64,000 bases of DNA from Camelus dromedarius (lineage: Eukaryota), in assembly GCF_036321535.1 (NCBI RefSeq), contig NC_087472.1, positions 102,178,001 through 102,242,000 of the forward strand, read 5' to 3'. Below, piece after piece: positions 52,565-64,000 of the stretch. Each line of letters begins with the position of its first letter. Within the stretch, counting starts at the first letter, position 1. The translations under genes were made by a program, and so were the position numbers. Below the pieces are notes generated by a model, which made no database searches, was not told where the DNA came from, and saw only the letters and a list, made by a program, of their open reading frames with translations.

Positions 52565-52644
52565 GAGGGGAGGGGATATAGCTCAGTGGTAGAACTTGTG
52601 CTTAGCATACACCAGGTCCTGGGTTCAATTCCAAGTACCTCCAT
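52565..52644 (+). mobile_element. Tail-less Vic-1-like SINE (tRNA head only)
   Basis: A and B boxes; 16-bp TSD taaaaattctcaatca at 52549-52564 and 52645-52660. Confidence 0.9.
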
Positions 52645-55329
52645 TAAAAATTCTCAATCAAGTGAAGGAAGCAACTCTCACAAATGAAAAGTAACTGGGT
52701 TTTACAATACATTCCTTATTGTGAATAAATACATTACGTATCTTCAGGTACAGGCTTGCCTGCACGTGGAAAAAACCAACATCATCAATGTAGTTCCAAC
52801 ATCAATATAGTTATTTTGCAGAATAATTATTAATATTAAGAAAGTGTAATCCTTGCTATGTGAACAATTTAACAACTATATTTCAGGCAGTGTTAATTTA
52901 TTATCAAGTTAACCTTCAGTTATTCCTTTACCATAACTACCACATAGACCTAGAAAGCTCTTAACTAAAAGGAACTGAACTGCTGCCAAAACATTCTCTA
53001 TGGTACTTTGAGACTAACACCCGAATCTGACATTAGTAAATTGCCTCATTTACCTTGGAATCTGTCCTTTGGTCCCATATACCAATAGAATCGCTGCTTT
53101 GAAGCCAATGTAGAATATACACACATAAGTGAGGTAAGCCCATAGGTCACTTTTCTTGCTCTTTGTTTATCAAACCTCCAGGAGACATACTAAGAACTTT
53201 CTGAAATAGTCAAGCTGCAAGGAAGATAAATTATAAGGCTTTGGAACTTACACAAGGAGCTTCGTAAGCCTGAGACTTCTCAATCTAAAAAGCAGGTTAA
53301 CTCTGTAAGGTTTTTTTTCCTTATTGAGGTTCATAATATTCTGTCTAAATTCTCCATGGAAAAGTTCTAAACTGTGGGTAGAAATATTTTCACTCACTCT
53401 AAAGAAAAAATGGTGGGGCTTTATCCCAGATAATTAGCAGGAGATATTTTATATAATTGTTCCTTCAAACAGTCTAAGTTGCCAAGATTTTCTCAAAATA
53501 AAGAAAAAACGAAAAGACTCCACTCTTCTTCAGTCTAACCTCCAAACCTGCAACCCTCTCAGCCAGATCCATCTTAGGTTACACATGGTGCAAATTTCTA
53601 ACACAGGACAATAACCTATGCACTCATGTTTGTTTTCTCAGGTGGAAGGCAAGAGATGAAAAAAAAAGGAATGGATGAAATCAACTTCCTCACAGCCTAC
53701 AGATGTACATTCAACTGTCGGGGTGCTGGATACACATCAGAAAAATTCACCGACCATTTGGGACAAACCTGGACCAAATTCTGGAAGAAGATGGTAGGCC
53801 ACTAAAACAGCTTCCCTCCAACCTAATTCTGAAAGATTAAGTGGCTGTGCTGAGTAATCAGTCCCCACCCATTCCAGTTTGCCTGAAATAATACTTTCTT
53901 TCTGAGCTGAAACGTAATAAATTTTCAGAACTGTTCAAAGGTTTGAATAAGCATCTCTCTTTCAAGTATTTTTAAAGACTTCCTCAGAGAGATTTAAAAA
54001 CTTAAAGTCTTGGTGGGAGGGGTTGGAAGAATTCCGAGAGTACTAGTGGACTCTATTTTCTAGTCTCTCTCCGCCACAGTTGGCCAAGTTCAGAGTCTCT
54101 GCTCACACATCTACTTCGAGTCCTGTCCCCAGACTCATGCACCCTCACACACCACTATCAGCATTCTCTCCAGGATATCTTATTAAAGCAAGATTCCCCG
54201 CCAACTCAAACAGGCTTCCGGGACTCCAAGTGCCCTTTCCTGTAACCCAGGCTCTTCACCATGGTTGCTGAGGCCCTCCCATCTGGCCCAAACTATCTTT
54301 CCAACAAGCCCATGTCTGTCTCCTCCCTAGCCTGTACTTAAGGCTTCAGCCACTTCGGATGCCAACCAGTCTCTCAACACAGGAGAGCCATGCAGGCCTC
54401 TACACATCTGGTATGTGTCCTGCCTGGAAGCCGGACATTTCCCACTTTTTTACCTACCAGGCTCTTTCTTCAAATCACCTCAAGACCAACCTTGTCTTTA
54501 AAACCATTGTCAATTCCATATGGCATGTTTTCTGCATTCCCATAGCCCTTTTCACTGCCTTTCCATCACATCACTAGCCTTGTAACAGCAAAATCAGTAT
54601 TTCGGTCATTGCCTCCACTGTACCCCATCTCTTTCCCGTACCCTTCAAGTGCTCAGCACAAGGCAAGAGTGGGTCTTTATCATTCGTACCCCCTAGGACT
54701 CATACTTTACACTGCTTGCTATATATTCAATTGCTCAATGAATGTTTGTTGAATTAATTAATCTTCACACCCTGCAGTAGCAGAATTTTCTTCTTTCTCT
54801 CATCTTGTAATTACTTTTAGAAGTGGCTGCTAAATTGGCTTCAGTCATCTCACACTATACACCCTGAGAGTTCCTGTAGGAATATAACTGAATATTGACT
54901 TCTCTGTCCCCTCCCTGCTCAGCTGGGAGGGGCAGGTTAGGGTCAAAGTATGACGATCAGCCTCCAGGGTGCGCTCTCCTGGCCCTCTGCCTCATAGCCG
55001 CAACACCTCTGCAGTGCTCCAGCCTCTCAGCACTCCCAAGATGCACCACAGACTTCTTCCTCCAACCCTCCTTCTACTTAGCACACCCCAAGGAGATGTC
55101 AGCCTCCCCAGAGTCACCCTCAAAAACAGAAATACAGAGGAGACTCTGAAGTACATGCTTATAAGTTGCACCTCAGCCTCTCAGGAAACAGCTGAAGACT
55201 CAGGTCAACTATCCCAGGTCTTCCTTCCCCAGTCATTTATACAGTCTAAAAATCAAGAGGGACTTTCAATCCAGAGGGACGTGGGTGACCACCCAAGAAA
55301 GTATGAACCCCATATCCGAGTACCCAATG

Positions 55330-55366
55330 TTAGGTACCAAAGCATATGCCTAAGCCAAACCACCAC
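55330..55366 (+). repeat. 37-bp sequence duplicated exactly at 58944-58980
   Basis: ttaggtaccaaagcatatgcctaagccaaaccaccac occurs at both sites; both ORF translations contain RYQSICLSQTTT. Confidence 0.95.
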
Positions 55367-56396
55367 CCTGCTAAAGAGAGAACATTCAGTGCTTAGGAGT
55401 GATTTCAGAGAGAAGCCTACTAATACCCGAAAGCACCTATTAGTTTCAAGTGTACTGGGCACCTCCCTATCGAGAGCACTGCACCCAGTGCTACGCTAGG
55501 AAGTGAGCAATGCTGAACAAAATCACTTATTCTTTTCTCTCTCTCGTCCTCCCCTCACTCCCTTTCCCTTCCCTACCTCCTTCTTCTCCCTCCCCCACCT
55601 CTAAATAGCTTATCATTCACATCCCCAAAAACAGGAATATTCTCCTCCAGCATCTCCACATCTAAGGAAGTCAGCATTAATATTATCATACAGCATATGG
55701 TACATACTCTCATTTCCTCAATCGTCTTAAAAACAGCCTATAGAAAAATAAATAAATAAATTCTTTAAAATGGCCTATAAAACTGAATTTTCTTCCTCCC
55801 ATCCAGGATTTAATTAATGTTCACCAACTATATTTTTATTTTATGTCTCCTTAGTCCTTCCCTAACCTAGAACAATCCCCCTCCATTCTTAATAACACTG
55901 AATCCTTTCAAGAGTTCAGGCCAGTTGTCCTGCAGAATGTTCCACATTTTGGATCTCTGTTTCCTTGTGACAACATTCAAGTCAAACATTTCTGGAGAAC
56001 ACCACACAAGTGACACTGTGATATATAGTAAAAGGTACATATCAGTGAAGGGTATGTAAATTTCACAATATCCCACCACTGACCGCCAAGACTGGCCATT
56101 TGGTTAAGGTGGTGACTGCTAGATCTCTCCATTGCAAAAACATGCTTTCACAAAGTTCTATGAGACCAATTGAATATCCTATCCCCTGACAAATCGGCTT
56201 TTGACTCTAATACTAATTCTAAGTAAATTGAGCTAAATTACATCAGCATCTACAGAACTAGAATCCTAACACAAAAATCCTATGCACAAACGCCACATGT
56301 TAGAAAGTTAAGTGAGATGTTCAAGGTCACGAGTTCAGAGCCAGTACACAAAGCTACATGTGCCTGGGTCCAAATGCAAAGGTCTTTCCATTACAT

Positions 56397-56780
56397 CAGG
56401 GGTTGGAAAAACGAATGTTTATGGACCAAATCTGGCCCACTGCCTGGACTTGTATGGCCCATGAGCTGAGAATGGTTTTTACACATGAACATTTTCAATC
56501 AATCTGATGATATGGAACACTGACTTTGAATCCTATGAGGTAAAATGTTATCCCTAAGACAAGAATTCCATAGTTCTTACTAGTAGATCTGTATTACCAA
56601 AAAAAAAAAAAAATAGTACTCAATTACTATATTTTGAATGTTGTCAAAAAAAAGTTTGTGGAAGTTTGTTTTCTCTCTTGTTACGTAAGTAACTATATAA
56701 GATCCTCAATTGTGCCTCTTGGCCCTCAAAGCCTAAAATATCTACTACCAAGCCCTTTACCAAAAGGGTTACTGACCCAT
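56397..56780. mobile_element. MER58-like hAT-Charlie element
   Basis: caggggttggaaaa...ccaaatctggcccactgcc...aaagcctaaaatatctact...ctgaccc. Confidence 0.75.
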
Positions 56781-57099
56781 GATAAGACTTTGCCTCTGTA
56801 AGCTATACATTACATCCTGAGGATACCCTCAAAGCCATGCAGAAAGGTATTTTTCTAAAATAACCAGCTACACTAAGTAAATGCCAACTTAAAGAGTGAA
56901 TACTTCGACTAAATGAAAAGAACACACGTGTATCCCCCTCATTTTCCACCCATTTATATACATTTGTTTAAAATTTTTAGGAGTTTTCAAACTAGGGCTT
57001 CCTACATTACTATAAACTTCCACAGCAACCAACTGGAGCCATACTTCAGATATGAGCAAAATCTATGCAATAATTCACATGCAAAAAATAAGATTTTGA

Positions 57100-57550
57100 T
57101 TTTTGCAGCCTTACTGAGGTAGTATAATTAACAAATAAAATTGTCAAATATTTAAAGTGTACAACATGATGATTTAACATACACATACATTGTGAAAGGA
57201 TTCCTACCATCAAGTTAATTAACATATTCATCACCTCTCATATTTACCTTTTGTGTATGTGTGAGAATCCGTAAGTTCTACTCTCTAAGCAAATTTCAAT
57301 TATACAATACCATTATCAACTACAGACACCAAGTTATACATTAGCTCCTCAGATCATATTCATCTTAGAGCTGAAAGTCTGTACTCTTTTACCAGTGACT
57401 CTCCTTATTTCCCCCGCCCCACGACCCCTGGCAACTACCATTCCATTCTCTGTTTCCATAAGCTCAACTTTCTTTTCTTTTCTCAATTCCATATATAAGT
57501 GATATCATGCGTATTTGTCTTTCTTCATCTGGCTTATTTTACTTATTAGC
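57100..57550 (-). mobile_element. L1MA9-like 3' end
   Basis: tatttaaagtgtacaacatgatgattt...agcaaatttcaattatacaatac...tatttgtctttcttcatctggcttatttt. Confidence 0.8.
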
Positions 57551-59350
57551 TTTTTAGTTTTAAAAGGAGAAGGTGGTAAAAATCTTTGTAGCCATTCTTT
57601 GAAAACATATTTATGCATTTGTAAACACACAATAATCCAAGATCTCCCAACATGTAAGCTTCTCCAAGTTGCAAATCTATTTTGGAAGCTACATTATCTT
57701 TCAGCTCCCCCAGGATGCCATTCAATTTAGGGCCAGAGAGCCTATAATATATTGTAGACCAAATCTAGCTGAGATAATTAATTAATAGACAAACAGATAG
57801 ATGAAAGGATGAATGAACGAATGGCAGAAGTTTTGGTCCAAATCTCGTTTTTCAGCATTCTTGGCCCAAGGCCAAAACTGACCCCAGTAGTGGGGAAGAC
57901 CCTACCTGCCACTCTGGTTCAGATGGAATCTCAACAGGGAAAATATTCGGGGCAAAAAATGAGGAACTTGTGTACTGCCAGTGGAAGCACAAAATAGTAT
58001 AACATTCAGAGACTGTTTGGCAATATCCATAAGGATTACAAACAAACCAAAAAAAATTACGATCAAACTTTTGACCTAGCAATTCCACCTCTAGGAATTG
58101 ACATTCCATTTTATACAAGCAAAATGACATGTGCACAAGGTCATTCAACATGTATAGTCTAAGATACAGATTTGAAAACACCTAGAGGTCCATCACCTAA
58201 AATATTAATCAATTGTGGTTCATCCACACAATAGAATTCTAGGTAGCTCTGGTGGAGATCTGTCATATCTGTGATTGCCCATCATCTTTCAAAAAGCCTC
58301 TTCTATTGAGAAATTTCCGGTATTACGAGTCTCACCTCCCAGCTTGAAAGCTGAGAATCGAATTCCTAGGCTCCTTTGCAGCTAAACTGCAAACATATGA
58401 CCAAGTCTCCACTGATTAGAATATCCACACAAGACTTTGCTTGAGAAGTGAGAAATAAAAGGAAAGAGGCTCTGCTCAGAGCTTCTACTTCTGCAGCTGG
58501 GAGGCTGCGGTGGCCGCAAGGTTGCCTTCCTGGCTCAAGATGACAACAGAAGCAACTGCAATCAAGTCCCTGCCACCTGCTGCTCAGTACAGGCAGGGGC
58601 ACGGGTGGCTTCCACCAATACTAGGACTGCACATGGCTTGGCCTTTGTTTCTGGAAAGCTAGATGCCACCTGTTCCTCCAGCCCTCCAAACGATTCCATG
58701 AGTTACCTAAAATCCTAAACCATCTAGAGTGGATTCAGTTGTTTGCCACAAAAACCACCAACTGAAAAAGACTGAGGTAGCTCTCTGTGTACTGACATGG
58801 AAAAGATCATCAGGTTAAATGGTTGAAAAGAAAAAAAGCAAGACACACAATAGGGTATAGCAAGTACCATTTTTTTAAGGGATTGAATCTAGACGCACTG
58901 ACATATATTCATATGCTATCTCTGAAAATTGAAGCTAACAAGCTTAGGTACCAAAGCATATGCCTAAGCCAAACCACCACTGGCTGCAGTTGCCTCCAGG
59001 GAAGGGAATGGGTGGGCTAGGGCACAGGGAAGAGTTTACTGAATTTCATTTTGAATCATTTGAAGTTTGAATCATGTGGATGTATGGTCTATTTAAAAAA
59101 TGAATTTTGAAAAGTTGTAAAGAGTAAGAGATGAAGCCTGACCCCATGTCAGTAAGAACCATTACAGATGTACCCCAAAACCATTCCCCTGCCACCTGCT
59201 CTAAGTGCAATTCCAAAACCAAATGCCCAGCTGGACAAAGTTGCAACAGACCTCCCTCACCAAGCTGGGATTTCACACACACGCAGTGTTCTTTCCTCTA
59301 AGTTGCCAACACAGAACAAGACAGCAGCTTGCTTTATAAAAACTAGTTCT

Positions 59351-59525
59351 TGGAGGAAGAGTATAGCTCAGTGGTAGAGTGCCTGCTCAGCATGCACAAG
59401 GTCCTGGGTTCAATCCCCAGCACCTCCATTAAAAAAATAAGTAAATAAATAAATAAGCCTAATTACCTCCCAATTCAAAAAATAAATAAAATAAATAAAT
59501 TTTTAAAAAGAAAAAAAAATTTTTT
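59351..59525 (+). mobile_element. Vic-1-like tRNA-derived SINE
   Basis: A and B boxes, (TAAA)n tail; TSD aactagttct at 59341-59350 and 59526-59535. Confidence 0.92.
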
Positions 59526-60066
59526 AACTAGTTCTCTTTGTCAAAAGTAGCTCTGTCTAGCTGGGGAACCGTGCAGAAGGCACCTGACCTCTCTTAGTCT
59601 TCAGTGTCATCTACTGGAATGAAGCAGTCAGACTACACAGAAAGCAAAGCTTTTTCTAGATTCAAAACTTCAATGAAAAGGAACTGTAGGGGTGAAAGCT
59701 AAAACTATGCTTTGAACCTCTCCCTCTGGCACTGACCACTTCTACTTGTATTGTGGTTCTCTGTGTAACCTATTACATCCCCCTAACAAGGCCATCCTCC
59801 CACTCCCCACAGCACACAGCCCATTAATTTCTCGTTAGGAAGGCTATGGAAAAAATTAAGTACACCTACATCACTTTATCCCTTCATTCACTAAGAGAAT
59901 TCCTATGCATATTACTCTGTACCTATGAATTGTGACTTATGTGAATATATCAACCTATTCCCCCCAATTTTTTTTTAAGTTTTAAAGGATATCAAGAACC
60001 TCAGGTGAGCTCAGGTAAGTCATTTTATAATCACCTGATTTAAAGCAAGCAAAGCCAAAGAGAATA

Positions 60067-60251
60067 CAGTTGACCCTTGAACACAGGTTTGAACCGCACA
60101 GCTCCACTTATACTGGATTTTTTTTCAATAGTAAGTACTGCACAAGCTGCCGTTGGTTGAACCCGCAGATGCAGAGGGCAGACTCTAAATTCCAAGTTTC
60201 AACTTGGGAGGATCAGCACCCCTAATGCCCATGCTGTTCAAGGGTCAACTG
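60067..60251. mobile_element. Tigger2-type MITE
   Basis: TIRs CAGTTGACCCTTGAACA and TGTTCAAGGGTCAACTG. Confidence 0.88.
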
Positions 60252-61380
60252 CACAACTTATCCTCCCAGGACTTTGAACTTATACAGGTTTTTTTTTTTT
60301 TGGGGGGGGGGTCCAGGCAGGAGTGGGGACATTTTTGTATTAAAAAACAAAAATACGTTAAGGAATCAAATATGAGATTAATACGGTTCTTAAAGACAAG
60401 AATTCAGAGAAATTCATCACTCAAGCTAGCTTCTTTGGTTTTCACACAATGGATTGGAAGATACAGGTTTAACAAAGTTATCTACAGATTGTTCTTTATC
60501 ATGCATCTAGACTGTCTTTTGGAATGAGGAAGGGCTATAGGTAATGATGGCGTTTGATGGCAAGGACTTCTTACTATGACTTTTGTAAACTAGGCCTTCT
60601 TTGGCAAGCCAGTGCCACAGCTTCTGAAGCTCCCAAGCCAGCTGCACACATGCAGGCACACAGCTCAGGGTCAGGAGTGCCTCGGGGCTGCACCTGCCCA
60701 GGGAGAAACTGAGATTCAACAGCTCAAGAGGGATTCAACAGCTCAGCTTGAGGGAGAAAAAGGGACAAGCGTGCTGGGGGTGAACCTCCGAGGTACAAGG
60801 AAGCATCCTCCCCACAAGAAGACAGTCGCTGTGATGTTGGGGAACTGTTTAGGGGAAGAGAACAGTAGAATCACCAGTAAGAACTCATGTTCACTGAGGG
60901 CCCACTGTGTGCCAGGCACTGACTTAAATGCCAGGAATTGATGAGATGAAGGAAACACACACACACACACACACACAAGCAGTTTTAACACTAGAACTGA
61001 ATTAAAATGCAATTACAGCTCAGATTACAAAAGAAAAGTCATTTGAGGATTCTGGCCCAGGTTTCTAGGCTCTGTATACCACCGTAGATTGTACAGCTGG
61101 AGGCAGCAAAATCTCAGGTGAACATAAACGCACTGCCAGGATCATACAAAGCTTTTACTGGTTTGGCAACTCGGACTTACCTCGGCAGCCAAAGGATTCA
61201 CTTTTCAACTTGTTTATTGACATTTTTAGTGCTTTTCATAAATAAAGTTACAGGTTGGGGTTACTTAGTATTTTTATTTGTTGATTTTGGTCCATCCTAT
61301 ATTTTATATCTTTTACATACACCCATGCACTCACACACATACACACACTCACATTTCTTTTTTAGAGAAACTAGTGCAAG

Positions 61381-61514
61381 AGGCAGGGTATATATAGCTC
61401 AATGGTAGAGTGTGTGCTTACCATGCATGAGGCCCTGGGTTCAATCCCCAGTACCTCTATTAAATAAACAAACAAACCAACCTAATTACCTCCCTTCCCC
61501 CTCTCCAAAAAAGC
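61381..61514 (+). mobile_element. Vic-1-like tRNA-derived SINE
   Basis: A and B boxes; 17-bp TSD agagaaactagtgcaag at 61364-61380 and 61515-61531. Confidence 0.9.
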
Positions 61515-61528
61515 AGAGAAACTAGTGC

Positions 61529-61580
61529 AAGGAAGGAAGGAAGGAAGGAAGGAAGGAAGGAAGGAAGGAAGGAAGGAAGG
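61529..61580. repeat. (AAGG)13 microsatellite
   Basis: Read directly from the sequence. Confidence 0.95.
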
Positions 61581-62665
61581 GACTAGTGCCTTAGTGAGAG
61601 GACCAGAACACACCAGGACACCTCATGTAAGAGAGCCTCTGTGTATTATACACAGATCCTTGAACCGCTTCAGAGGGAAGAACAAAGGAAAGTTCAGTCT
61701 CAGATCACACCAGAGTTCTCACTCTCCAGTCTAAACCCAGACAGACTGGAACCCTCCAGCAGTTAAACTCATACTGGAAACAGCAGTTTTTGGTAGGGCA
61801 GGCAATATGATTTCATTAACTGGGTTTCTTTGCCGAGTTCCTAGCGAAGACCTTACCCAATTTTTAAACTAACAAATGCCCCTCTTGCCTCCCCTGACAT
61901 TCTGGCAGCCTCCCTCTGAAGCGGCTGACCCCCTCAAAATAGGCTACTGCAGGGCACTGAAGCTGGAGACAGCCCCCTCCCTGTTCATGACAGTCTCCTC
62001 CCCACAGCAGAGCCTCGGGACAACCGGCACACTCAGTCCCCCTACATCATCATGGCAAGTGCAGACAGCTTTAAGGGGGAATCCAGCCCCAAGCCCATGC
62101 TGCTATTGTTCCTACTGTGGCCTAATGGCTACATTATATTGACCAAACTGACCTCTTTCCATTACCAAATCCCCTTTCTATGCCCCAGCGATACAAGTCC
62201 ATCCTCTTGCCTCTCTAACTTAACAGACACCCATTTTTTAAGGCCTGGCCTTGCTCTCACCTGTCTGTCCTTGTCCTGCACTTCACCCCCAGCTACCCAC
62301 TGACACTTCCCTGATTCCCAAGCCCCCGAACTCTCTCTACTCTCAGATCTCCTGCCACTGAGCTATGCATGGCAGGTGGGACATCCCTAGGATACATGTG
62401 GATCTCCAAGCTCCTCCCCTGAATCACCTGTAGACTCTATTCCACCAGCCCGGACAGACTTTGCATTGCCTGATTCAATAAAATCCACCCATTCTCCCTA
62501 ACCTGGCACCCCTACAATGGATGAGCTGAGACCCAGGTCCCGATTTTTCCCAAGGCATTCTAACCCAAGTACAGTCCACTCTCACAAGCCATTCCTAGAG
62601 ATCTGACAACTTAAGAGATATTTGACACGTAAATAAGAGTCCCTGCCCTCAAAGGGTTTATAATC

Positions 62666-63044
62666 TGTTATGAACTGAATGTCTGTGACCCCTCTCCCAA
62701 ATTCTTATGTTAAAACCCTACCCCTCAATGTAATGGTATTAGAAGATGAGGCCTCTGGGAGGTGATTAGGAAGAGATGAGGTCATGAGGATGGAGCCCTC
62801 ATGAATGGAATTTGTGCCCTTATAGAATCACAAGAGAGCTTGCTTCCTCTCTCTGCTCTCCACCATGTGAGGACACAGCAAGAAGTCAGCCGTCTGCAAC
62901 CCAGAAGAGGGCCCTCCCCAGAACCCAACCATGTCAGCACCCTGATCTCAGACTTCCAGCCTCCAGGACTGTGAAAAAGAAGTTTCTGTTGTTTATAAAC
63001 CACTCAGTTTATGGTATTTTGTTACAGCAGCCTGAGCTAAGACA
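62666..63044 (+). mobile_element. Complete MaLR solo LTR (MLT1A/B-like)
   Basis: TG...CA termini (tgttatgaactgaatg ... gagctaagaca) with 5-bp TSD taatc at 62661-62665 and 63045-63049. Confidence 0.9.
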
Positions 63045-64000
63045 TAATCTCATTGGGGGTGAGTATCTAAGAAGTCTGAGGAAAGAAGATGAACATTTCT
63101 TGAACACCTACTACCCACTCTCCAAGCAGTTTACTTTCCTCTTTTATGTTTCATTTCTAATCTTTAATCCTATACCAATGGTTTTGCAGATAGGTACTTC
63201 AAAGTTTAGAAAGGTTATCAGAGAAATTCTGGAAAATGAGAAACCACCTGAATGGAAAGATCTTGCTGCCCAACAATTTATATTATAGATGTCACATAAA
63301 CCAAATTCACAGAGCCAACCAGCATGCCCTATGTTCACTAAGATACCATTCATTGTGCTCCCTTAGGAGCACACTATGGTGGTGAATGACGCCTCTTTGG
63401 GCCCACCAACTGAAAGACACTCTCTCTCTGTACCTTGGCAACCAAAGACACGTGCAAATTAGGCCCCACTATTTCCTGGCCTTCCAAATGGCCATGGGCA
63501 CACAACTGTGAGAGGGAGCATACATAAAGGGTACAGCCTCAGAACTGAGTATTTTCTCTCAATAGAACCAATGCATGAACCACAAAGCTGGCTCCACCCT
63601 AACTGTGCTGTAACCAACTGAGCTCACCAAAGTACAGAACAGAAACTGATGAGCATGTGCCACATTTCTTTTGGCTGCCCAGCATCAGAACCCCTTGCCA
63701 ATGTTTATGAAATTTTTCACCTGCTCATAGCTCAATAAGTTAAAAATGTTAGATACTTTCATGATTTCTTCTCAATCAGGGTATGGGCCCTACACCTAAG
63801 CTTGGCCAGACACAACGCACAGGCGTTTGAATCAGTGATGAGTGATGTGAAACAGCAGAAATATCAGATTATTGTTCTCTGGAAACAGCAGCAACACCAG
63901 TTCCCAGGAGTGGCAGGGCACCATGCCCCACACCCGACGACCAGCGCAGGCAAGTGTGGTGTAGCTGGAGGCATCCAATATTCAGTAGCTACAGTTTCAG

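Noticed and set aside
54969..55499. Longest ORF in the window (176 aa, + strand)
   Set aside because: Non-ATG start, no recognisable domain, no splice or promoter context, antisense within intron 1; consistent with a chance ORF.
55367..58943. 3.6-kb mobile element bounded by the 37-bp direct repeats
   Set aside because: The interior is a patchwork of unrelated old repeats (MER58-like, L1 fragments, LTR relic) with no terminal structures or coding capacity.
62812..63288. 158-aa ORF
   Set aside because: Its first half is a translation of the MLT1 LTR and it has a non-ATG start.
47731..64000. REPS2 exon 1 or promoter
   Set aside because: No CpG island and no Ala/Gly-rich coding segment is present, so this is intron 1 and the first exon lies outside the window.

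Overview
AT-rich, repeat-dense mammalian genomic DNA lying entirely inside one minus-strand gene, REPS2 (POB1; RALBP1-associated Eps15-homology protein 2, X-linked in human). Seven internal coding exons (equivalent to exons 2-8) have GT-AG boundaries and join in one open frame. Exon 1 lies beyond the right edge and the 3' exons beyond the left edge. tRNA-Ala-derived SINEs resembling the camelid Vic-1 family suggest alpaca, llama or camel (inference). The introns hold young 5'-truncated L1s with target-site duplications (TSDs), older L1M/L2/MIR, Tigger, MER5/MER58 and MaLR/ERVL LTR relics. Repeat family names come from recalled consensus sequences, not from a database search. Apart from the REPS2 exons and L1 remnants, the listed ORFs look spurious. 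The most interesting structure is at 40469-41236: a 310-bp element with a TTAA duplication, terminal and subterminal inverted repeats (piggyBac-like MITE) splits a young SINE, which is itself fused to an L1 3' end under one shared TSD. This implies cut-and-paste DNA transposition after that SINE family arose. Other oddities are an exact 37-bp dispersed duplication, a NAGNAG acceptor, a strong CTCF motif and a candidate cryptic terminal exon. No prokaryote-type system (CRISPR, operon) is present.
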